A stretch of 64,000 nucleotides of DNA. Source: Ylistrum balloti (Eukaryota). This document shows, in pieces, positions 49,923 through 63,509 of the stretch. The position numbers and the translations under genes are program-made. The notes under the pieces were generated by a model. That model worked only from the letters and a program-made list of their open reading frames with translations, made no database searches and had not been told where the DNA came from. Positions within the stretch are counted from its first letter, which is position 1, and each line of letters starts with the position of its first letter. The DNA lies in assembly GCF_031769215.1 (NCBI RefSeq), contig NW_026782621.1, positions 496,001-560,000 on the forward strand, written 5' to 3'.

Positions 49923-51513
49923 TTAATCAAACACAACACCAGTGGCTGCTTTTCTCTTTTTACTGTTCGGGTTGATAGCACTCATTCCTGTTTTTGGTCT
50001 CGCTTTAGACTGGTTGGCAGTCTTTGGACCAACATCATTGAAAGAAAATCCAGATGCTCCCTGATTTTTCTGGGCCTTTAAGGCCACCACTGTCTTCTCC
50101 GCAGCAGCCAAATCTGCCTGGAGCGACATATTTTTGTCAGCTAATCGAAACAACACATTCTGTAATTCTGTTTTCCTTTCTGCTGCTTTTGCCTCAAAAA
50201 CATCAACTGCTATTTTGTCACTTCCTTTACCTATATTAAGCGTTATCTTTGTTCCTCCAACAAGTGTTGTTATGTCTCCCCCAAGAAAACCTTTCCTAAA
50301 ATAAAAAAATAAAACAAAACAAATTACTGATCACATCGTTATTAAATGTCAGGATGATATGACCTTTGCTAGATGTACACATTAGCAAAAACAATGATTT
50401 ATGAATTCAGGAAATCAGCAGAGGTCAGCCATCTACAGAGTAAATTAAGTCTGTGTTCTGATCTTGCTATTCAATGACTTTGAAGCCAAACTTGCAGCTA
50501 ATCATTAAATTTTCAACTGAATATTCAACATTTACATATCCTTATGTTTGTGACATTTTTACAAAACAAGTGTAACTTTTCACTTTAATTCCATTGCCAG
50601 TTCTTAATCTATGGTAGAACACTACACATTTTTGAGTAACTTAAGCCATATGGTGTAATATTGTTCATCTTCGATGATTTCACTGATTTATGCAAATATC
50701 CAACAGGAACAATTGAGACTGAAAATGAGGGAGACACACAAAGAAATTGGGAGGATTGATAAATGTAAGTAGCTCAGGTATAATCTAATATTATAAAGAA
50801 ACAATGCAAGTCAATAAAAATTGTTATCCTAAGAAGCACAGTTACCTCCCCTGAGATGTCAAAACAAGCACATTTATATATATCTCCTATCACACATATA
50901 TCTTCCCATTTACATGTAGACTTAAAGGTTGATGAGATGTATGTTTGTATGTATGTAAGTATTTTTCTCTCTTTTTTTTTAATCATTAAATGTTGGGCAT
51001 TTAAAATACATTTTAATTCATGTTGTGCTTCATAACGTGTTCTAAGATATATAGTGCTCATATAAACTTTAGTAGCAGCAAAAGTAAGACAAAATCAGGT
51101 AGTTGTACATAAAAATATATGAGTCTATGGCTGCCTGACACAGTCACCCGTACTTATATTGAGAAATTCCAAAAGGCATTTAATCGGTACATGTATATTC
51201 CATTTGATACGAGTACCTGAAATATAGAAATAACTTAACAAGTGTATGGGATTTTGTAAAATTAAACTGAACTTTACCTGAATTTGGACAAAAACGCTTC
51301 TATCGTACTGACTTCTGCTGCATCCTTATAGGATTCGAGCTCGTCAGCATCAAGCTCCACTTTCCATACATCCGTTCCATTTGTGGAACATATTTTCCAC
51401 TTATCATTTGCTCCTATTCCTGTGAAATACAAACTTTTTGTATTATTCTCTGTTTCAACAACTTGCAGTTCGTCAACTTTGGCATCAATCAGAAGTGCTT
51501 TTAAGCCTGACAT
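49923..51513 (-). CDS. PAXX: PAXX, XRCC4/XLF paralog NHEJ factor, 202 aa
   Basis: Exons 51278-51513 and 49923-50295. Head domain (KICSTNGTDVWKVEL...FLSKFR), a coiled-coil (LFRLADKNMSLQADLAAAEK) and the C-terminal GMSAINPNSKKRKAATGVVFD, which matches the PAXX Ku-binding tail. Confidence 0.9.
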
Positions 51514-51812
51514 CGTTGTAAACAAGATTAACGAATTATACTTGTAAACGTTTCATGTGGACGCGGCCATGTTGGTTGATATATATTTAGCAATGTTTAT
51601 TATGTGGAAAATTTATCAATATAAAAAGGAAAATAAAGGTACTATAATCCGTTTCATGATTTCTCCTTTCTTTCTTTACAAAACAATTGTAATATGTTAA
51701 TGATATTATATGCATACGTGTGTTACTATAATTGTGTTTAATGTATCTTTTGTATACGTCTTATTTTGTAATATTGATCAACCGTTTTTATCTGGCAACC
51801 GAAGTAAACAAC
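51514..51812. promoter_or_regulatory. Compact bidirectional promoter between PAXX and EFCAB2
   Basis: Divergent ATGs are separated by 299 bp. Mirror-image YY1-like motifs: CGGCCATGTT at 51564-51573 and AACATGGCCG at 51810-51819. Confidence 0.7.
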
Positions 51813-54800
51813 ATGGCCGGAGCCGACGAACAGAAAGAGAATACAGGTAAACAATTTAGCTGTGTAAGACAATGTTTGTTTACTGTATATGGATTTGTTA
51901 ACGTTTTGAATGTGTATAATATCATACGTTTACTTTGATTGACATCCAGAATCAAATACACGTTAAATGATGGCTTGAGTACATACCATCCGCTGCAATA
52001 CAAGTTCACAAATACATGGTCAATTTTTCAGTAATGGTTATATGACTTACATTTACCTGGTCAGTTTATTCTTATCCAATTTCTATCACGGCGTCAAAGA
52101 GGATATCCCCATGTTAACACAGTTTGAGACTGCAGAACGTCTAATGTATATGCTTTCCCCTGAGAAATGCACTTAATTTCTATTGTGTTGCGAGTATATA
52201 GTGCAAATGTACAATTGTACAGTAGTGATGCAAGATTTTTGTCATTTGTGTTTATACATTTCTATTACTGTAGATTACATTATCCTAAATAGGGTAATTA
52301 CCCCGAAATTCCTAATATCTACATAAAAACAAAGTAATTTAAAAACTTTTCCTTAAACTAGACATAAACTAAGCTGTAGGACCTGATTTCATCAAGCCTA
52401 AAGCAGGAGTTAGTTCCAGAAATAACACCACTTCTTCGTCTCATGTTCCAACGATTCCTGGATACCAGTCACATTTTATGTGACTGGAAGACTACAGATA
52501 TATATCACCCCTGTGTATAGGAAAGGATTAAACTATAGTCCAGAAAATTACTGTCCAATATCCATGACATGGTTCTGTTGCAAACTATTAGAGCATATTA
52601 TTGTTAGTAACATCGTGAGACATGCTGATACTCATCAGATCCTTTCCCACCTTCAGCACGGCTTCAGGTCACATGAGAGTCAGCAAATTGAGTTTATTGA
52701 TGACATCACAAATAACATAGAACTGGAGAAGCAAACTGGTGTTCTTATCATGGGCGTCAGTAAGGCATTTGATATGGTTAACCACCAACTTTTAATCCAT
52801 TGACTTATGGGAAAGTAAACACCTGGATTGAAAACTTCCTGAGTAAAAGCAATCAATCAGTGATAATAGTTGAAGAGGAAAAAACACTGTCCCAGTAAGA
52901 TCAGGGTCTCCCAAGGCTTCCTTATAACACCTTATGAATTGAAAACATATTAGACTATCTTAAATGGCTCAGCCTTGCTGATTGCAGAAAAGACACATGG
53001 CTGACCATGTAATATAAAATATGTCAAAGCAAAGTTGCCATCAACCTCAAACATCTGGTTCCCACTACAAGACCTTCAAGACACTCATAAACAATGTCCG
53101 CACTATCTGTTGGATAAGGTCTGTGAGGAAAGAATCCTTTTTTCCCAGGACCTTCAATTATTGGAATTTCATCAGCAAACACATTATTTTCCTTCTCTCC
53201 ATTTCTTGTCGCTGCCAACCATAAATGACAAAACCTTAACCTGTTTAAGTCAGTCATTATCTGGTAGATCAAATGGTACATATAAAAGTGATTCAGAAGT
53301 TTTGAAAAACCTATACACAATAAATAACAGTAACAGAAGTTTATTTGCATAACTTTTAAGATTTTTTTTAGTTATGTTTAATGATAATTTACAAAAAAAT
53401 TCAAAAGGCTTTAAGCATAGCCACTAGCTTTCATATTGGTTTTAAATATCATGGCCTACACATTGGCACACTTTGATATTGGCCACCATGAATCATAATA
53501 ACTATGTTGGTTATCACTAGTGTCCATGGAAGATATTTACACATATTTGCTCTGTTGACAGTATACTTGACAACTCAAAGTAAAAATATTAGTTCTGAAA
53601 TTTGATTCTTTTGCTATATGATTTATGAAATTGAGAAAATAGAATTTTTTTTTAAAAGAGTATAATTAGATTTATATTGAATGTTTTTAAACATATTGTT
53701 CTTAGTTGTACCTTTTATGATTACATAACATGCAACTATTGATTATTTTCTATCATGTTTATAAAGTTGTATACACTACTAATGTAATGTAATGGTAATT
53801 TGATTCATTACATTCTACATATTTGTTATGGTATTGCCATTGTCACAAAATAATTTGTAATTCAATTAATTACATTATTTATAGTTGTAACAGTGATGTC
53901 ATTTATACAATGTAAATTGTAAATTAATTAATTACATGGCAACTAGTTGTAATGGTAATGCTAATGCTATTTTTCACAATGTAATTTGTAATTGAATTAA
54001 TTACTTTACACATATGGTAATGTCATTTTTGTAAACATATTTTGTAATTTAATTAATTACATTGCAACCAGTTGTAATCGTAATGCTATTTCTACAATGT
54101 AATTTGAGGAATTACATTACCATATAACTAAACCTATGCATGCTTTATTTACTATATAAATACAGATTTATTAAAAAGAAAAATAAACATGAAGACCTAC
54201 CTAAAATAAATCAAAATTCAATTTGATTTTAATTTTTTCAAAATGAATTTTTATTAAGAGTTTGATTACCTGCAAATGCAAATCTGTGTCACTGTTAGCA
54301 CTCACTTGGTAGCCAGTTTGATGATATCTACCTATCCAAGATTTTCTTTCCTTTGATTGACAGCGACATTGACAAAAAGAAGAATTATGTGTATGCAAAA
54401 ATAGTCAGAGTCCTTCAGATTTTATGGTACCATGAATAGCTAAATCAAATACTTCTGCAGGGTTTTGTTTGCAGAAGTAAATATTTCTTAATTTATTGTT
54501 TTTCCCTATATTGATGTGCTCGTTTAAAATAAGATCCACTAAGTATTGAAATTTCACTTTAAGACTTGGTCATGCATTAATCTTTTATTGTGTAGTTAGG
54601 CATGTAAAAATGTAGAGATCAACTTATTGTAGCTATATATATATAAACAATATTCTCCCATTTCTACTTCCAGACTCTTTGTTGGCTGATATCCAGAAAA
54701 GGATAACAGATGCATTTGACATTTTTGACAATGAAAATAACAAAACAGTAGATGTCAGGTAATTTGATGAAAATCTTATATATAGTTTCAGCTGATCTCC

Positions 54801-57800
54801 TAATCTACTAAAAAGAAAAAAAAATGAAAAAAAGATGATTGAGGGGCTTATGCAAATAACTATATAAATTTTCTACGAATGTGTGACCTTTTTTGCTCGG
54901 AAATCTCTTTTTATGAGAATAATAACACAAAAATTGTTGTATAGGATATTCAATATAACTTAATTTTGGAGCAATTTCAATGTTCGCAAATAATCCATCT
55001 GAGTTACTCCCCTTCTCCCACAAATTGCTAATATATTTGTCAGTAAAGAATGATTTGTTATTTAATGATCTTTTTAACAAACAGATATTGACCAATCTCA
55101 TCTCACAAATTAAAATCTTATTCTATTTAAAAGAATTGCAATTAAATGCATTCTTGCGTATACACAAAACATGTTCTTAATGCATGTAAAGCATGCCTAA
55201 GAACGTAAATTTTAATTTTAAATATTTTTGTGAAAGTGTTTTATTTTAATTAATTCCTGGTTACTTAGATGCTTCTGACAGACCTCTTGATCAAGAAGAG
55301 AAATTCTTGATTTTCATTTCAAGTTTTAGTGTACTTGATTCAGGCATAAGTTTGTCAAAATATTTTTCTGGGGTTTGAAATTTTAAGTATATGCAATCAG
55401 TCGTCTCCTTGAAAATATGTATTAGTATGAGACATACAAAAAATTGTTATAAACATGATTTCAAAGTAAACATCATTATAGTAATTATTTGTATTCTTCA
55501 AGTATATCAAACAAATAATGTGGTTTTTTATATGAAAAGTTAATGAACAATGCCTGAGAATAATTTTTTTGATATGATATATCTGATAATGAAGGTTTAT
55601 AATATCTGTATTGTATCAATGGTTATGATTTTTGATAATGAAATAATAATGGATATGACATATCTGATAATGAAAAAGTAATGGATATGATATATCTGAT
55701 AATGAAATAACAATGGATATGACATATCTGATCATGAAAAAGTAATGGATATGCGACTATTTCATCTGATTAATCACCTTTATTTTATTGTATTTAGGGA
55801 AGTGGGTACAATCATTCGTTCATTAGGCTGTTGCCCAAGTGAGACCGAGCTCCATGATATGCTTGCAGAGGTAAGTGTTTATACTTACCTACACTAATAG
55901 CTTGGTGATGAATTGTTACAGTTGTGTACAATACACTGAGCAATATTTGATAGAATTGCACCACCTATACCTGATATTCTTGCCAAACACTAATTATCTG
56001 AATGCCTGCTCAGTCATTAAAGAACAAGGCAAGTAATTGACAAATTACAGTCCCCCACAGAATGGGAAATTAAATTCAAGGAATGCACAGATAATGAATT
56101 TGACTAATTCTAGACACTGGATGTTTGACAAAACAAATGTGTTCAGTTAGGAATAGTGTTGGTGCTACTATTACAAAACAACTCTGCAGGATGTTTACCA
56201 GTAAGTGGGCCCATTTTTACCATTAAATCCCATATTTCACTGTGTTTCATTACTCAATTACAATTCATGGAATAAATGTGAACGAATTTGATAATCTTCA
56301 TGTTGAGTTCCAAACTTTTTATTGATGTATAGGTCAAAGGTCAAAATGTAGGTGAAATTGGCTTACTTTAGGTTCATGACGCTTATCTTCTCCTAAGTCA
56401 GCCCATGCCCCAAGTATGAAAAAGCTGTCTCAAGTAAATGTAGTGTATGGAATAGACAAATTAGTTTTTTGATGGAGGTCAAAGGTGAAAACAGAGGTAA
56501 GAGTGACCTACTTTTATTACAGGTCACACTACCTAAACTATCTGACCCATTTCCCAAGTATAAAGTTCCAATACAAAAGATAGAGCAAAAACAAACGTTT
56601 TCTCTGATGTAGGTGAAAGGTCATAATGTAGGTCATAGTAAGTGAACCAGTTCCAGTGACAGTGCACACATACCAAATGCAAATAGAAGGTTAAATTACA
56701 CACTGTTTCCGTCTTTGAAGAAACGTTGTGTTGCTTTTTTGTCCTGTTCCTTCCTCTAAATCATTTGAGTCACAAATGATATGGTAAATCATATCAGGAA
56801 CTTGTTCGAATTAAATGCAATACTTAAATTTTAAGTTCTATAATTTGACTAATCAGTTATTGCACTTAAATCAACATACTTTCACATTTGTTCAGGCCTA
56901 TTTCAGTTTCAAGATTTGTCCTGGATATGTGGCTCTGAGCACCTCTAAAAGTACTCAGAAACACAAACAGTGGAATGACGCAGATCTGTTAATTATTCCG
57001 TATAAATGAAGGTGCCATTCATATATGAATGTCTTTTGAAATTTTAAAATATCACTTGATGCTTTATGTAAACAGTAAAGTTTGTCGCCAGTCTTATGCA
57101 AAATAATTAAATTAAATGTTTCCACAGATTGAAGAGGAGGAACCAACAGGATATATTCGTTTTGAGAAGTTTTTGCCTATGATGACAAAAGTATTAATGG
57201 AGAGACGGTACGGTCCACAATTCATTTAAAATCCATTTAGAATATATATATGATTTACTATAGCAAGGAATGAAAGTTCATAAAAATGAAATTTTTGCAA
57301 AGCTAATCTACTCGTTTCATTGATTAAGAAAATATTATTCAGGGAAAAGATCATGAATAACACTTTAACTTCAATTTATTTTCTGGGAAGTTTTTAACAA
57401 ACTCAATTAATACTACTGATTATTCAGTTTACAGTACTGCTTTCCTCGTACACATTAAACAGAAGAACATTACAACACTGGTGTCATAATTGGATTTCCG
57501 TGCGCCGTATTAGAGAAAATTCGATTTTGTTAATCAAGTTATAAACGCGAGCAGGGATAGTGAGAAATACATCCGAAGCCGAGTAAATGGAATAATAAGA
57601 CAAAAATCTGATGTCACGCATTGAATTGTATAATCAAGTTTGGTTTTTTTTCTTCAGATAATTAGATCTAAGTTCAGTGCTTTAATCGCTTGGAACTATT
57701 ACAGGTACAAGCCTCTACCAGAAGACCAACTGTTGAAAGCATTCCAAGTGTTGGACCACGACAATAAGGGCCATCTTACACAGGAGGAATTAGCCAAGTA

Positions 57801-59387
57801 CATGTCAGAGGACGGTGAGTGTGGGGCCCTTTTGGCTGCCAATTATTTTCAATGATGATTTAAACGAAACGGTAAAACATAAAGAGATACGGGGATGAGT
57901 TTAGTTGATTATTGTTGATACAAATATACGATATTGTAAGGTTTGACATTTCTAGAAATTATTTGGTTGTTTTTCTGAAGTCCTTACATATGCATTTCTA
58001 GTCGACCTGAACTGAACAGGCGTAAAAAAAAAAAAAAAAAAAAAACAAATAAACAAAACAAAATCCATCCAATTGTTGAATGTTGATAGCCTGTTGACTA
58101 TTGACAGCTTCTTCCCGGCATTGCGAGGCTTCGGTGTCTAACTGTGCTGTTTGGTTATGTTTCCTTAGTCCTTATCTTTATGATCCCAATGGTTGTTAAA
58201 AAAATATTGCTATTGATTGAATATTCATAAAATTTGGACCCACAGCACTTTTCCTATTTGCCTAGGAAGAAGGAATTCCGGCATGGCCAAATTTTATTTC
58301 AATGTTTGTGTTGCTTTTACATATTTCTCAGTTATTACGTTGATGTACCAAACGAAGTAATGTATGAAAAGAAAAGGAGACATTCACGATTGTAGAATAT
58401 TGATAGAAGTGTATTGATATTCCAAGACAGTAAAACTTACTGAAATGATGACGTGCAGGTGTCCGTTTCGTCCCTAAGTGAACGATTTCAACATTTGTGT
58501 TGCCTTTTGGGTTCTTTTGTACATCGGATCCTCAAATGAAAACAGTATATTATGAAAAACTGTTCTGAATCCCAATTGATTGAGTAATATTGATACTTGT
58601 CAACGATATCGGAGAGTCTTATTCATTTCTGGAATATTAAGTCCGACAACGCTTTCTCGAGCGTAATTTTTGAAACTGCTAGGTAGTATATTTTCAATAC
58701 TTACATACCGGGGTGTCAACAGATGTTTAAGAACACTTATCATGATTACTACACTATAGTAAATCTGACTAGTTTTTAGAAAACATAAACGATGTGTCAG
58801 TTTTAAGTTGTGAAAGTTGTACAAAAGAAACACAAGTGAATAACACCTGGTTAGACTCAGTAGAACCGAACGATGATTTAAACTGCATCACACAGCTGTT
58901 TCGTCCTTCTATGACTCGTCTGTGATGCCTAGAAGTTGAAACCAACGAGGCGAGTGGGATAAATCTAAAGTGATCGAAAGAAATGTCAGAATCTAGATAG
59001 CAAAGTGCACTTGTTCCATAATTCAATAGATTTCGTAATTTTCTTAAACGTTAAGTTCTGTGCCGATAAATGAAATTCCACGTTTCCATGACTGACTAAG
59101 TGATGGGTTAGATCGTTTGGTGCCGGCAGTATTTACCTGTTGTTGGTATCCAATTAAATTATTCATCATCTGCAATGCGAACGCATATTGACAATGAAGC
59201 ATTATGTTTATTCTTGGAATACGATTGATGTAAGCTCTGATTTAATCAGTAGTTGTTGTATTGTTTGGCAGGAGAACCGTTCCAGCAGGAAGAAATGGAG
59301 GAAATGTTATCAGCTGCCGTTGATCCCGAAAAAGGATGTATATTATATAAGGAATACGTGTCCCGGATGACAATAGAGGAGGTTTAA
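51813..59387 (+). CDS. EFCAB2: EF-hand calcium-binding domain protein 2 / dynein regulatory complex subunit 8, 165 aa
   Basis: Exons 51813-51846, 54674-54758, 55798-55870, 57128-57207, 57705-57814, 59272-59387 (498 nt). Motifs AFDIFDNENNKTVDVREVGTIIRSLGCCPSETELHDML, EEEEPTGYIRFEKFLPMMT and GEPFQQEEMEEMLSAAVDPE. Confidence 0.96.
52480..53180 (+). mobile_element. Decayed CR1/L2-clade LINE reverse-transcriptase fragment in EFCAB2 intron 1
   Basis: NYCPISMTWFCCKLLEHII...QHGFRS...SKAFDMVNHQLL are RT domain motifs. SFFPRTFNYWN is a typical C-terminal motif. Stops, frameshifts and internal deletions are present. Confidence 0.9.
53780..54130. repeat. Degenerate ~60-65-bp tandem array rich in gtaat/attac, possibly a non-autonomous element
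   Basis: About five units of ...caatgtaatttgtaattgaattaattac..., with gtaatgtaat at the left end and attacattac at the right end. Confidence 0.65.
55649..55753. repeat. 32-bp minisatellite, ~3.3 clear copies plus degenerate upstream copies
   Basis: Unit atggatatgacatatctgataatgaaaaagta. Confidence 0.9.
56330..56680. mobile_element. Helentron-associated (HINE/pearl-like) non-autonomous element with ~135-145-bp internal repeats
   Basis: ggtcaaaggtca-type motifs at 56332, 56477 and 56612, with recurring cccaagtat motifs. This resembles repeat units described for bivalve Helentron-associated elements. Family assignment is from recall only. Confidence 0.5.
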
Positions 59388-60663
59388 TTTTGTATACCTG
59401 TAATACATAATGCATGTAAATAGACTAAGTACGTAATAAATTACTATTTAAACATCTCGGTTGTTTTCACTACATTTGAAGCGTGTTGTACGATGTGGTT
59501 CCGTTACACTACAGATAATCGAACAGCTCCTGCACAGTTTTTCATGATATGAAATATTGTCAACTGTGTTGTTCTAACATGTCCAATATATTCATCGATG
59601 TACATGTAATATCATCACACCCTTTTCAGGTGTCAGACAATTTCATATCTATAAGATATGTGAATATTGAAATAATGTTCACTCTCCGCCTGTTTGTTTT
59701 GTGTAATGAAGATGTAGAACTGAAGTTAATCAAACCGAATACACCATAGGAGAATATCATATATGTTCGTTATAGATTGCATATATTAAGTTCTCTTTGA
59801 TTTTCTTTCTTTCCGTATTTCATGGTTTGTGATATGTATATTACAAAAAAGAAAGTTACGTCCATATGTTTCATAAGAGTGCTCATTAAGAAGAAGTACA
59901 TGTAAGTTGTGACACTGTACATTTACAATGGTTATTGTTTTCATCTCGACTTGGAATTGGATGGGTTTTTCACAAAATAATTACTATTGCAATGAACTTT
60001 TAGCTTTTGATAAGTCATTTTATAGAAAAAAAAGTTTGACAAAACAAAATGAATAAAAATACACAGAAAATGGCTTGTTCATTAGTTACTTGATGAATGA
60101 CTGTTTGCCAGAAATTAAAAAAAAAGGGAAAACACATTTAAAGTGTTGGGGTGCTTTCAAATACACAGCATCAATCTGAAAATCGAGTACCCTATTGTTA
60201 TGGTATAGTGTCTGGCTGTCAACAATGCAAATTGAATACTAGGTATTTTATCATTGTACTATCGTGGAGAGTACGAACATCAACGTTTCGTGGCTGTACA
60301 ATAATGACAACATGGCAAGCAGAGTATCAGAAACGGAGTGAATGGGAGTTCTATAGCGTCGTTGATGAGGATTGGAGCGATCGAGCGAGTATCTCCAGTA
60401 TGTGTCTCCAGTATGATGTACTGCAGATTGAACACGTGGTAGTCTGTTTTCATTACAAGTTGGCTTCAATACGGGGAATGACATGTCAGGTCGTTATCTC
60501 ATGGCGTCAGTAAGCGGCTGTGAAAGTGCGAATCTGAATCCGATGTGTCCCCACAGTGTAGACAAGTGAGATGTATATTTTTTTATGTTTAACCATGCAC
60601 TATTCCAGCAAGGGTTTAAAGTAGTTTGAGGTTTGGAAGGGAGAGTCGTGTTTGACTATAAAC

Positions 60664-63350
60664 CTGTGGAAATCGATGAATTTTTATATCTCATGACCCA
60701 CTCCTTTGTTACACGATTAAACCATGGTGCAGAAATCAGAATGTTGGTGCTATAAATTGTAATCTTGTTAATACTCAATGATATATAAATAGGTGATTTC
60801 TGTCGTTGAAAGGAACATATCTAGTCCGTTGTTTTGATCAATTGATTAACTCTTTTCCAAACTGGAATGATTACGTTTATAAAGATTTTCATTACTGCCA
60901 AGCGAAAATAAAAAATTATGATAACCAAAATGCCATTGAACGATATCCTATGAAAATAATGGAACGTGTATCTATGTGAATGGTTGATACTTTACCGTAA
61001 ACCGTGTGTTTCCGGTAATAAATGTTCATTCGAATACCACCAAACGTTTCGGACACTGTAACTGATCCGATACGAAAAGGAAAAAAACCTGTTTTTATGA
61101 ACAAACGTTACACATGACACAATCAAATACCTTTCAGGAATAACACATCTATGACTAACCACGTAATTTCTATGAATACCGGCCGCTAGCAGTTCCGGCA
61201 ATCTAATTGCATTGTACTATAAGTTTGCACCACATGACTGATACGCTGGCGAGAATATATAACAGAAGATGTTCAAAAAAATGTCTAAACAACAAATGCC
61301 AATGACTTTAATAAGTATGGACTAGTATCGTGGATGACAATATGATGAAGGGAAATTGAACTCCCATCAAAGTAATAGTAAAACAATGGATACACTATGT
61401 TAGCTTTTACTTGTCGGTGAATTAACTAGGCTTTTATCTACATTTATCTGCCTCTAAATCTCTGTATAACAGGTTTTTTGTGTATTACCATAACATAGTA
61501 AAAATCTACAGTGTTTAATAAGAGTGAAAGTCAACTTGTTGATAGCAATGTTTGGTACATATACGTGGAAATCCTTTCTTGTCTCAATTTCCAATCTGCC
61601 ATGTTAAATGTAAACTGGTTACTGAACTAGACCTTTTTGTATCGAAAATATTTCGCAGAATTTCTTTAACATTTGTATCAATCAGTCTTACAGAGAATCG
61701 TAACGATATTCACGAATCCTAGACAAATGGACCAAACTTTTTATTTCTGTCTCCAAATGCATTTTCCTATCACTGTCTGCTTTCCATTTCGAAACGTTAA
61801 ACACCTACATTTATAAGAGGCCGGTTACATTTCTTTTCTGTTTCATTTTGCTTTATATTGGATTTCTACGTAATTTTTCACCGTACCAATTTCGACTTTG
61901 ACGGGCTAGAAGGCGCTGCAATAGATCGAATGTAACAGAGTCTTGTCATTACAGACGTTCGGCTCCCCGATCTGAATTGATTAGATACGTAGAACGGTAA
62001 TCTAAAACACGATATCTTTCTTTCCGAGGAACTACAATGGTCTTATATGAATTGTTTCACTTTTATAAACTTATTTACACATTTTTGGTTCGCTCTGTTT
62101 CATTTCCAAATGTGACAAACACTATCAGATGATTCTTGATTGGAACTATCGAAGCGTTTGTGAAGGAGGCAGTATTGTTTGATGTAACATACTCCGTCCG
62201 TACAGTAAGGTCATTATCCGATTAAAGATCAACCACATCTAACAATAATGCATACATCGACTGGTACATTATTACTCTGTATGGAATTACAAGCTTAACA
62301 AGTACAATATACAATTCAATGCCACAGAGTTGTGAATCCTGATTAGTCCTATGTTTCTGGAAAGCTGAAACAGCGGTCACCTAGCTCAGTTAGTAATCCC
62401 TTCTAACCACAATAGTATATCGACAGAAAAAAGACACAAGAAGAATCTACTTTATAAAGACTCAACTATCAATGGAGAATAAATACCGGCAGTTTATATG
62501 GTTTACGACAATGTCATTAGATTATAGTCATGGCAGAAAAAAAAATGCCAAAATGACATACTGATTTTTCTGATGTGTTATTATTTGAACATAATGGTTG
62601 TCTTTGTTGTGTCATATTTTTGTACGTAATGATTGTCACTGATGTGTCATTATGTGTACATAATGATTGTCCCTGATGTATCATTGCGTGTCCATATTAA
62701 TTGTCCCATATGTGTCGTTGCTTGTACATAATAATTGTTCCATATTGCTCGTTGTTTGTAAATAATGATTGTCCCTGATGCGTCATTACTTGTCCACATT
62801 AATTGTCACATACGTGTCGTTGTTTGTATATAATGATTGTCCCCGATGTGTCATTTGTACATAACGACTGTCCCTGATGTGTCGGTGTTTGTACATAATG
62901 ATTATCATTAACATATCATTGTTTTGTTACATAGCTATCAAATACTATTGATTGGAGTATCAACATTTTTCACACACTATAAATTCACATCAGTTTGTGT
63001 AATGTATGATCCAGATGATAAAAACAAAATGTTCTAGCCAGGATGTTATCATTTACCTTCTCATTTTTTACCCGAATTGCTGATAACTTACAGATTTTAT
63101 ATACTGCGCTGAAAGCTGACATTTATTTCACAATAAGGTTATAGATATCTGTTTCAGTTTGGACATCAATTTGAATTATAATAAAATATTGTTTTTAGAT
63201 GATGATAAATCTAGATTTACTGTTGTAGTATCACGATTACCGCGATATAAATCCAGGCCAATATGTAATAAGTCTTTGTCTTTGTGCGATATGAAGTTCA
63301 ATGTTCGTTACGTTAGTATGCCTGCTGGGTTCGGTGTTCCTGGCTCTCAT
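60664..63350 (-). CDS. Tentative multi-exon gene of unknown function (terminal exon unresolved, probably ~60250-60530)
   Basis: Phase-compatible exon chain 63241-63350 (ATG), 61882-61971, 61692-61718, 61131-61202, 60996-61061, 60664-60749. The first five introns are all phase 2, giving 150 open codons. The acceptor at 61203 is weak. Confidence 0.4.
62590..62915. repeat. ~34-bp degenerate minisatellite, ~9 copies
   Basis: Consensus approximately ataatgattgtccctgatgtgtcattgtttgtac. Confidence 0.9.
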
Positions 63351-63509
63351 TTGATAGCGTTTGACCAATATTTACATGGCCAATGCGGTTATAAAAAGAC
63401 GACGACTACTATTCCGGAATATATTATATTACACTATTTACTCTTGTAAATATTCTCTATATTCCAACCTTGCATTGTTCCATCGATTTTAGTTTGAATT
63501 ATGATATCA

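Noticed and set aside
53021-53352. Three overlapping ORFs of 67-108 aa
   Set aside because: They overlap the decayed LINE tail and AT-rich intron, with no independent coding signal.
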